This document shows, in pieces, positions 51,901 through 63,900 of a DNA stretch of 64,000 bases (the stretch's first letter is position 1; every line of letters starts with the position of its first letter). The stretch is from positions 8,680,001 to 8,744,000 of the forward strand of contig NC_134025.1 of the NCBI RefSeq assembly GCF_964204645.1, written 5' to 3'. The position numbers and the translations under genes were made by a program. Under the pieces are notes generated by a model. The model did not search any database, had not been told where the DNA came from, and worked only from the letters and a program-made list of their open reading frames with translations. This stretch comes from Tubulanus polymorphus (lineage: Eukaryota > Animalia > Nemertea).

Positions 51901-54900
51901 ATATTCATTCTTTGGCTCACTAGATTCATTGGCAGTACAATGAATCAAGTCACCATTTACAGCAGCTTCCTGATTGATACCTGCAGAGTGATCATTTGAA
52001 ACCAATGTCATCTCAGAGGAAAAATATTCTATATCATTCTTAGACTTTGCCTTTTTAATTTCCTTTTGTTCATCATCTTCCAAGATTTCACCAAAATGCA
52101 TAGATTTATCCTCTGATTCATTTGTCAAACTGCTATCATCTTTCATTTCAGATAGATTGGATCCTTTTCCAAGATCGAATAAATCTGATAACCTCTGCTT
52201 AAGTACACTATCCTCAGAACTTGTCTTTGAATGCACTTTGTCTGTGTTGTCTGTATCCGCTTTTTCAAGATTGAGCAGATCCGACAATTTTCTTTTCAAA
52301 GGGAATTTTTGTGGGGTTGTATTTAGCTTTTCATCTTGGTCACTTTTTTCACAAAACAAAGGCGTCTTATCTGATATAGTAACATTATTCAGCTCATTTT
52401 GTTGGCAGGTAACTGCTTCTAATGTTTTACATTCATTCTGATTTGAATTAGGCATAGCATTCTCTGATGACTTTTTGCGGTTATCACGGAATTCAAAAAA
52501 CTTTGAAATTTTTACTGATATAGATTCATCTTCAATCATAGTTTCTGTATCACTGGCTTTTGATTTATTTTGTTTTGCCAGATCACCTGAATGGTCAGGA
52601 AGATTAATATCCCCGGAATCTTCAATTCTTTTACCTAATATAGCATTATTTTCTGGCAAACTATTGCTCTCCTTTGCAAAATTTGATGTTTTATCATCAA
52701 TATTATCATTTATCAATTGAGAATTATCATTTTTGCCATCAGTGCCAAAACTGAAGAAGTCTTTTATCTTATTTACGAAACTATCCTCTCTTTCTGGGTC
52801 CGACATTTTTATATCAATATTCGTTTTAATTGTTTTTTGCTCGCCCCGCTCGCTATCACCGTCGGTATTCGACACCGAACTTTGAAATTCACTCATATTT
52901 GATAACGCGAATATATGTAATCCTTTATCGGTTTGATTGAGTGTTGGAGTGCGCAAATCCTTGGCCTCAGTAGCTATTAAGTCCCTCCTCAGGCTCTGTA
53001 TAAAGAGATAAAGAAACAAAAGGGATGACACATCTACTCACTATCTACACAGTGAGTCGCTGAAATAAAAAAGGATGTGCAAATAATGGATCGCAGATCA
53101 ATCACCCTTACCCCAGTAACAACCACAAAAATATTGTATATTATTAACCAAATTACTATGATTCTTAGTGAAGTTTGTTTTAAGGGGAGAACATATCATA
53201 TCCATTGTTTGCACAACCACTCGCGTTAGTACCTGGGTTAGTGTACATGGACACAAACAAATGTGCCACAGGTAACTTACTTAATGATGGAGTAGATTTA
53301 GTCTGATCTTGACCTTTGAGCAGACGACCTTGGAATTCTCTTGGTTCAGGTGCTTTGTTATTGTAGCGTCTCTTCAAAGTTACTGAACTTTCACCATCTA
53401 TGTCTACCTGGTACCTAGCTGCATCTTCACTACGGGGCCTGGATGGCTTTTCGATCTGCGATGTTGGCCTTCTCGGTGATGCTGCAAGGGAATAAGAAAC
53501 TAACAAAATGAAGACTTTCAGAATTTCAAGGCTGGTTTCAAGAGATTTTTTGCAACGGGAGTCAGTAGTTCTTATGTGTCTACGCTTCACTAATATTTTC
53601 GTGATTGTTATAACTGAAGCCCCTGAGTCAAGAATTACTTGCACAGTGACAGAACTATTAATAATGACCCAAATACCCGTGAAACCAATCCCTTTTACAA
53701 AAGACATGGATCAACATTCATGCATAACTGCCATTAGCGTAAGGGAATTCATTACAACTGTTGACTAACACCTCTACTTTAAATCAGATATTACAATACA
53801 AAACAAGACAATTACCTCTTTGTATTTCAGGGGATGGTTGATTCAGTAAGGTGGCAAGTCCATGGTAAACTGCAGCTTTACGGGCAACTTTCAGTGTTAC
53901 TCTGTCACCTGTTTTTACCATCAACTCAGCAGCCCTAAAACAGCAATATAGATGGTTATCATTAATCTCAAATACCAGATAAATAGCATAGATTAGACAT
54001 AGAAATAAATATATAATCTGTGTGGGAATAGTTTTTAAGAACTCACTTTTCTTGAGAGACACCAATTAAACTCTTGCCATCTACTTCTAAAAGTTGATCC
54101 CCTGCTTGTAAACGGCCATCCTGAATAACAGAAGTTATATCAGTTCACTCTCTAGAAATCTAACCATCAAGATGGCGTTTTATGACATGAGAATGCATGC
54201 TTACCAATGCTGCTGCCCCATCTGGCACGACAGACTTGATATAAATACCACGTTTATCCTGATTTTCGCCCTAGAGAAAAAATAAAGCTATTACAAAGCT
54301 GACATTGATATTACAGATAAATATAGTGCATCAACGGTAAGGATGCATGGTGGGCTACACAGAGGCATGCTTTCAAACACTTCATATCATTCAAATACGA
54401 AAACATGAAATGAATTTATGTGGCAATTATCTTTAGACAAAGAGCAATACAATAAATTGAATTTTCAAAACATATCCATAAATGACGATGAAATTTTTCA
54501 TCTAAGAATGAGGCCCAGCAATTGACGCTTGCCATTTTATTGTACAGCGATTATACTGTGTATGAAGACAAGACATTCAATGTGTAAATAAAGACCTGTC
54601 TACATAGAAATTCTTTAGACATTCGACAATAGGGCAAAAATTATGGGGACACTTTTTATTTCCCAATATAAAAGTCTATCTTCCACTTCAATGAATTCAA
54701 AATATTTTTGGAGATCAGATTTTCTCGCCTAGTCGAAAAACATTGATATATGTAATATAAGGGCCAACATTCCTTAGATGTTTAAGTCTTTTTTTCATAC
54801 CAAACATCGACAACCCATTCTAAAGAAATATAGATTACATAAGGAATGTTTAAATATTGATTCGAGGAATGTTTGAATTTCGATTCGAAGAGTATAAAGA

Positions 54901-57900
54901 AATTATTCCAAGCTATTAAAACAACATTGCTACCTTTTTGAGTCTTTTAATGTATAGCCTATTTATACATGTTAAGTCAGATTTAAGAATGATTATGATA
55001 AATCTAGACGACCGAGTAATACAATGAATTACACAAAATCTTAGTATACAATAAAACCAACTTCGAACAAACATGGTATGTCTTATAAAATCAACCATTA
55101 AATTCTCCATGACAAACTTATTTCATGAAAACATGCCTAAGAGATATTAAGTGCAAGCCACCATGCAAGGAAGGTTCAATCACAATTAATTTACAGCCTA
55201 AGAACGAACAATTAAAAACATTGTTCAATAATGGATGGTCACGGGCTGAGACAATATTATTCAATACAGTATGACAAGTATGTAATTCCATGGGTGAAAC
55301 TTTCTGAATGCAATTAATTGATTAAAATACAGTTACAACTGGGTTTAATAAACGCATTTGAACCTGAAATCCCTTGAAGTGTTTATATCAGATATAAAAA
55401 CTGTTCCAAATATTCTGGTAGCACGTTTGTAAATCAAAGCTTTCAGAAAGTTTATCCCACTCAACCACAACACACCACCATTCACGCAATAAAAAGCAAA
55501 TGTTGAAATCCGATTGAATATGATGATAATTTCTAAGAGTGGAATTGCTCTTAAATTCCTGTGGTATGTTAACGAAAATCGAATAATTATGTTAACCAAT
55601 CGTAGAACTATTCAAAGAAAAAAAGTGTGGCCACAAAAATAATTGAATCTCAACTGGTATGCTTTTTATCATAAAAACAAGAAAATAATAAACAGTTGAA
55701 AAAGGTTAGCATTTGTTAATAATACGCAGTCTCGCAATACACATTCATACACATGTAATATAACGATAAAGTATAAAACATCTAGAAAATTAACTCAATG
55801 AATACCCAACTAAAAATCCTACATTGGCATAAAAGAGAGCTTCGCCTCAGTGACCGCATTGAAAATATATCAAAATAATAAAACATATACCGGGTACACA
55901 CCCTAGTCAATAATCAGGTATGACACAAAATAAACTGAATTGAATTTGGGTCATCAAATAACGTGATTTGAAATAATTTCTCTTCTTTTATTCAGAAACT
56001 TATCCAGAAGACAAGGCATATATGAATCTGATACAAACTTACCAGTCTTATCACGATAATACTGAATCATATTGGCCAGTTTGTCATCAGATCTGAAGGA
56101 TTCCGCTCGACCTAGACTTACGCGTAAAACTTTTCTCATACTCAGATAGAAAGCCTGCTGTCTGCTACATTAGCAATACTTTTATAATGAACTCATAATG
56201 AACTCCTAATAAACTGGGTTTTGAAAATATTGTATTGGGATTTTCTTACACTATTTCAAAAATATCATTGTTTCAAATTTGACGAATGGATCGTGAAGAT
56301 AAGATAATGAGGACAAAGAGGAAAAATGATGACAGAAGATAAATCAAATGGTGATATTCTATTTTCATATAAAATTCTATATCTGAAATGTTCTTCCAAT
56401 TGTACGCAAGTTAGAATTAAGGTATACTGATCACTTGCTTAGGTAAATACTCTCTTTAACGAACATAGGGTGTACGAATATATGTGAATCGGCGCCAAAA
56501 CAAAACAGGAGGGGTCAATTACATTCTTTATGTCAGACTGAAAATGAAGCATGTCCAGTAATGCGTAAAATTCCCTTGAAGTCACCACAGTTTAGCAATT
56601 TGGAATTAGCACGACATGGCCATATACAATGAACAAATTGGAACCAATTCAATTAGAGACAGTTCATTCAATTCAATCAACCAAATATTTCTCTTATATC
56701 CTGAGTAAAACATATAATCAACAATTTACAGCTTTTATAATGGACTTGGCCGAAATAAAATGGTTTGCCAGAGTTTAATGAATGCATACAAACTAAAATC
56801 TTTGCACGACCAATAGCAATGGTATTTTGATTTAAAGAATAATTTGCCAAATCAAGTATGAAGTCTGAAACACAGCAATTTTAGTTACTAATGCTGATAT
56901 ATGTTAATTTTAATCAATCATAATAGATCTACATTCATATCTTTTCATTTCTATTTTGAGATTTGTTTCGTAAGTTATATATTCAATTTCTATTCAATTA
57001 AACAATAAGGGCATCTTGAAAACTAAATGAAAAGCCAAAATGTAACTATTCAGCAAATCGACTATAAAATCAAATCATTGAAAACTACAAACTTATTTCA
57101 GTTTTAATGATTTACGAATTATGCAATTTAGATGATTAGTGATAATATAATATCCCTCGCTTTACCTCGTTAAGTATCAATCCGTACTATCCGAGTATCT
57201 GTCGTACATATGTCTATAGTCCAAAACACATTTACAGCACTCACAATGTCATGGGTAAGGAAGAAAACTTTTTGCTATGACCTATTCATTATGGCACTGT
57301 CACTGCGATGTATTGCTAGTACTGAGTGGGACGGTCTGCGCTTTATTTCGGTTAAGGCTCGCACCAAGCAGGTTTTTCAGTCACGGACGAATGTATGTGT
57401 ATAATTCAGCGTTAATACCCCTGCATAGAAATCCATTGAGCTTCCATGGGAGAAAATACATAAACCCGCGATTTCCGTAGACAAAAGCGTTTTCGTTCAT
57501 AAACGCGCATACCGGTGCAAGAATAGGTGAAAATATGCAAAGCATGCACAATTTAATGTCTCACCAATAGAATTTATGGTGGTATCTCATTTTGGCTCTA
57601 AAACGGTCTGAATTCTTGCCACTGTGCGACGTATGTGACAATATTCTAAAGCCTATTGCCGAGAAATGTTACAAATAGTTAACAAATATACCGAGCCATT
57701 CTATATTTTGTTGATATTCTAATGGGGATAATAAATTATATACACAAAATGTACATATTAGGACATTATACTAAAAGGATTGGAATTGAGAAGAAATGAA
57801 GCTCTTTAGAGACAATATTTAATCTAATACTTAGTATTTTTAAATGAAATATTATGGTTGAGGTTTACTTTAAAAATTCCAAGAGAAAATGAAATAAATT

Positions 57901-60900
57901 CTTCATATTTTTAGGGGGATTTCGACAACATCAAACACAAGCGCTAATATCACACATCACAAGTGTAAACCAGTAGCGTGGCAGACTACAGGAGGTCTGA
58001 TCCCTGCATTGAAATAATTTCTGATTCCTCTTTAGTATCCTGATTGAAATATAGTGACACTAATATAAATCATGAGCAAGCACTTTCAAACCATACAACA
58101 TTTTTCTTGACACTAAGTTAAACGACACTATGACCAGAAAAAAAAACATAGGCTACAACAGAAGACACCCATGACATAAATATTCCTTCCACCATTAGGG
58201 AATGCGTTCTTCTTTTATTACGGTATTATTTGAATTAAAGTCTGAAGAGTCACATTAGTGCATTAATGCAAAAGTGCTTTATATCGCTTTCTCTTTTAAG
58301 AATATAATTCAATTTAGAATATTTCTAGAATAAGCAAGCCATTCTAATCTATAGAATTGCTTGAAAAAAGACCTTCATTAAGTATGGCAGTGTCATGCTG
58401 ACAATAGACAGCTTAATCAATATGCGCATTGTATGATTTTTCAAATACCTAAAATGATACTTCTTTTTAGTCATCAAAATTTTATATTATCTGAACAACG
58501 AGCTATTTCATGATTACTAGGGAGGTATGAATTTGTCACTAATACATAACAAACAAAGCCATATTCCTCTTTCCGCGCCGAATGGACAAATACAAGCAAT
58601 CACACGCATACACACATACATACATAAACTAGATAGGTTAGCAAGGATTATAATACCATAAACACGTATAATATAACAATTTGTCATGAAAGTTATTGCA
58701 AACGTTCTTTATATATAACCAATGTCTCATTCAAAGCTGGCATTCAACATATATGCAGATTTGTATCATTGATCAGAAAAAAACTTACCGTTGCAGCAAC
58801 GATGCTCAGACCCATGCTGCCCTTTACTTTGTTGAAGACAATCGTACAAACTTCGGGCTCGTTAGGGACATCATTGATGGACCCTCCAGCACCAGGTTGC
58901 CTCGGGGGTGGAACCTGAAATACATAAAACATTGTACTCACTTTGGAACTACCCTGATACTCATTCTATCATAGGTTTATCTGAGAATAAAAAGCCACTA
59001 GTAATGAAATAATTCAATACATTGAAGCAAATCAACTTAGAATTGTCCCAAAAAATGATATGAGAAATTCAATACCTTAGCTAAGAATTTGGGAAAGACT
59101 TTGTAATTAGCCTTGTGCTTCCTTCTATGAGCATGAAAAAACAGATCTCGACTAAAGAAAATCTGCATCTCAAATAAAACTCCTAGCACAATATCACATA
59201 ATCCTCAACTTCCATACATGATCCAGCAATAATTACTGAATTTAAACGCATATGGTACAGTTCGAAACACAGCGTCATGAAGATGTAATCACACTGCTGA
59301 GCATAGAGAAACTAATGCACAATGTGAAGAACATAAAAACATCGTAGTCATGGAAAAGCCAATGATCGGTTGAGCAAAACAAATAGCTAAGCGGATATGT
59401 AGCATGATAATGAAAATCAATGAAACCTGTCACAGCATCAACTACAGCGCTAGAGATATACCAATCAACTTAATGAGATCAAAATATGCTATCAATTTGA
59501 AATATTAACGACCACATGTAGTGATGGGTACATTATACAAATGGTAGGTAGGCGCGAGATAGATATAAATGGAATATTAATTAAAAGCTTTGATGAATGA
59601 TGATGAAAGATGCTATACAACTACAGATCCTCATTTCTTTGGACTAAGACATAAACTATACTGACTTTATATCATATGTCATATGTAGAGGAATAATTTA
59701 GACTTAATAGACATCATCATTATTCATGAAATTATGAAAGCAATGCTGCAATTAATTTTTCTCATACCTCATTTGGCGGGCCCATGTACACCTTCCACAT
59801 ACCAGGAGAATTATGATTGATGATCAAGCGACAAATTCCTACGAAAATTAATGTACATTTGATTACTTCAATTAGGAGTGAATTCCTACAAAATTCATAA
59901 ATTAATCAGGGTTTTACTAGTATTCAATTTCCCACTATTCACTTTTCAGTTTCATTTTATTCGATCATTAGGTACAATTAATAAAATGCATGAGAGGAAT
60001 ATTTACCGGTTTTACATAAAGGTTCAACGTATTCTGGTAAGCCATTTGGCACGTCACGAACTATATCACACGAATAACCATCTTCGGGAAGTAAAAATGG
60101 CAAGTGTAGATTGGGATCCTCTTCAAGGTGTATATCGCGACCTTCACTACGTATCAGTTCATCATTTGATGTTTCAGCAATGTTCACCATTCTATAAGAA
60201 ATAATATCACAAAATAAAACTACTGAAATTTGAATTAGCTTTCACAAGTTCAGAGGCCATATACTCAAAAGTTGGTTTGAGTTAACCAGTGGATAGTTGA
60301 CATTGGGAAAATCAAAAGTCCATTGTAACTGTGGTATTTATCGGCCAGTTATCTTAAACTAACTTTCGAGCGACTGGCCCCAGTCCTACACTGATGAAGA
60401 GGCAGAAATGAAAACAAATTAATAAATGTTTTTTCTAACGCAGACTTACTTAAGGATGAGATCATGCGGAATACTTTGTTCATCTCTCATGGGTATATAG
60501 TTCTGTAGAAGTACACGCATCTGCAAGGAATTCAATTTGAACCACGACGCGCTACGATTGATCAGATCATTCGGATTGCTTTTCGGCATTTCCAGTAAAT
60601 CAGACGCTTGCAGAATACGGGCCAGGTGACAGTCAGCGGCCAATTCGAGGCCTTGTTTCTCTGCCCAAACTTCGACACGACCGAGTCGTCGATGCAGCCG
60701 ATGGCCCCACAGTCGAGAACACAACTGCAAACGCGGTTCGAGTACGAGTTGGTTAAAAAGCCACATATTGATGAAATGGAAAAGTTGTGAAAACAATTGG
60801 ATGGTCAAAGCTGCGTTAACGCGACATCTTCTCAGTAATGACATCGCAGCTGACATTGTGGATAAAACATCACCTGCAAAAAGAAAAAATGCAATGTCAA

Positions 60901-63900
60901 TTCCACAAAAGTTTATCGATGTTGCAGGGAATTCATATCTCCTTTATATTCTCTGAGTAATAATTTTCCTTCACATATGATTATAGTATAAAGATGTCTC
61001 CATTTTTATAAATTTCAAACTCCCATATCAACTGATATGCAACAAAAATTTTGGAAGTACAAAAAAGCTAGAAAAAAAAAACATTCAAGCTTATTAAGAA
61101 ATTGATTAAAATAAGCAAAGAAAACCATCAGCTAGGGAACAACTTTGGAGTCCATATGACTACAATTATAGACAAGAATATATTCAGGGTGCAAAAAACA
61201 CTTTGTCAGTAATAGAATTATTACAATATATATCAGCAGTGGAAATGGGATAAATTTAGGCATGCAAGAATAATTTCAACTGAACATTGATTTACCATAG
61301 GTTTGTATTTGCATTTTTACGAAGATTTCATTATATAATTTGTACATTAAAATCTATGATTTCAAGCATGCAGTTGGTGCACGAAAGATAACAATTTTTA
61401 ACTAATCAAAGCCCTTAATGATAGCTGTCTAACTATTGATGATCCTCAGTTTCATGTGTTCATAGACAATTCATGCATATAACATTGATACATTTGTATT
61501 TAGTGCTTCATTCAGTGTGTCATATATTAGACATACATGTATTTTAGTTAGCAGCTGTAATCTACACTAAGGTATTACTAAGCTCATCTTAGAAAAATCA
61601 CTCATTTGAAGTTTTCTCTTTTTTGTACGTGGAAGTATAGATACAAACATACTGTTTAATGAGATTTCATCTAGATTAATGATCTTTAGAAAATCAACAG
61701 GAAATTCATCTTCTTAAGAAAATCTGCAGATTTGAAGTCATTTGAAAATGAATTTCTCAAATCCAGGCCTGCACCTGACTCAATAGGTAAAGGAAATCAT
61801 ATCCACAGAACAAATGATGATTCTAGAAATTTAAGAAATTTAGATGACGGAATCGAATTTGTTTACCCATAATTGGTCGATTTCTTTGAAACCGATCACG
61901 CATCGCTGAAGAGCGGTCTTCTGAAGAAAAAAGAACTAGCCCTTTTAACGTTTTTGTCACTTTTACTGCTTATTAAAAGAAATATACTAACCCGTCAATA
62001 AGAATCTGGGATTGAAATAATTGACATACGGGGACAAAATAATGACTGGGGAACGGCAGCAAGATTCATATGCATGTAATAATGTCAATGAAGCAAACGT
62101 AAAACAGGAAAACTAGGCTATTGGAAACAAATAATTCTATATAATTTCTCTCATCCCAATGTCCTTTTTAACTAATTCTCAATATAAAATACAATATGAA
62201 ATAACATGAATTGCAATGATATTAAGGATCATTAAGATGATCTGAGAATTTACCATTGTTCCAATCTTCATCGGTGTCGTCGTCATTGTTGTCGAGGAAT
62301 GCTGGCATCGCTTGTTGCAAATCTCGCTCTAAACATAACACCAAGTGATTGAACCCGACCTCCACTGTTTCCGCGAGCACGTTCTGTGCATCTACGCTGT
62401 AGGCATTCAGGTCGCGATCTTGTTTGAAGAAGTTCAATATCTCCGATGCATTCGCCATCCAAAAGGAGAGGCCAGCTGCGTCATCCCGATTTTCCTATAT
62501 GATAACAAAAATATTCTTAACTCTACTTAAGACAGGGTACCCCATTAATTACCACTGTTTGATTTTATGCGCAACCTAGCAATTTCATCTGTTTAAAAAA
62601 ATTTCCTGACTGACTACTGTATTCCCTGATTTTTTTAAAGAAGAGAAACTGCCCTGACTTCTCTGATTTCCAGTTTAGAAGCCACCCTGTTAGATATACC
62701 AAATTTTAAGAAACAATTGACAAATATATTCACCTCAATAGTGCACTGCACGAGGCTAGCGATTTTGTTCACGAATGCTGTCAGTCGATGTGCACGTTCA
62801 GACGGATTATGTGGGTATGGACCTGTCACACGAAATCTCGTCGCCATATACAGCGAATACGTCGGAGCTAACTTAAACATCACACTCAGCGGGTCGATAT
62901 CAGTTATCAATGAAGCCAGGAAAGCATCTTCTCCTAGGAAAAAAGATCACATCATTCAGTTACGGTCTGAGTGTTCTTTTCACGTTAGCAGCGGTGAAGG
63001 TTGATCAAATATTTACCATCATCTCTAAATTCTAGAGAAGCGGGGAGTACGTCCTCCTGGTAATCAGTGCTTGGTGGTGGAAGAGTATTGGGATCTTGCA
63101 TGGCCCTAGAAATGACACATAAACATACTGATCTAAATACTCATTATCTTAAAATACACAGAATCACTAGTGGTAGTAGTGTAAATACCTATGTTGCATC
63201 ATATCGTTGTGTGGTGGATAGGGTGCCTTAGGGTCACCTTCATAGATCGGATCTGTGGATTTCTGCAGTGGAGACGTCACTCGTTGGAGCTGCTTCTTTA
63301 AAGTAATACTCTAATTAAAAGACACACCGACGAAAAAGACGAAAGGTGTTAATTGAAAGCGAGATAAACTATTAAAAAAAAAACTGAACTGAAAAACCTG
63401 TCGTCAGTACATAAACTAAACTAGGACAAACCATGTTGCCTTTAAAATGCAGAGGTACATAAGGTGTAAGGATTGAGAATAACCAAATGGAGCAATGTGG
63501 ATGTCTGTGACTAAACCAATTCATAATAGGCTACTGGAAAAATGATTAGTGCGAGTGAATAAATCAGGTTAATTTCTAGAGAATGAAATCTTTAAAGGTA
63601 CACAAAAAATGTGCTCATCCGTTTAACAGTAAGGGATGTGAATATGATTGCTTAAGCAATTTTTTCTGTTCTAACAAAACTTGTAATAAGGTCAGAACCC
63701 ATGAAAGTTGCAATTTATAGTTGCTTACCTCACCGACTAATGGATCGACAAAGCGGAATAGATTATGCTTGCCAAAACGAATAGTGTTATTGTCTTGCAG
63801 TAAAGTAGTTTCATAAATTCGTTGGTTGTCGACATAAATTTCAGCATCTTTCACAATTGGCGTGGCAGTAACTATACCTTCGGCATGAGCGATTACACAA

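Noticed and set aside
44696-52902. Many plus-strand ORFs antisense to the giant ORF
   Set aside because: These are shadow ORFs of the coding strand: Ser/Leu/Phe-rich, mostly with non-ATG starts.
44542-52995. Giant ORF as a transposon or viral polyprotein
   Set aside because: No recognisable RT (YxDD), protease, integrase/DDE, helicase or zinc-knuckle motifs, no LTR/TIR at its ends, and a disordered composition throughout.
52996-53031. Listed N-terminus MSSLLFLYLFIQ of the 2829-aa ORF as a signal peptide
   Set aside because: It starts at GTG and is simply the translated polypyrimidine tract of the splice acceptor.
53482-53707. VILDSGASVITI in ORF 53180..53707 as a retroviral-type aspartic protease motif
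   Set aside because: It lies in a 334-nt afadin intron, upstream of the true acceptor, with no accompanying gag/RT sequence. It is probably chance, though an HMM search would settle it.
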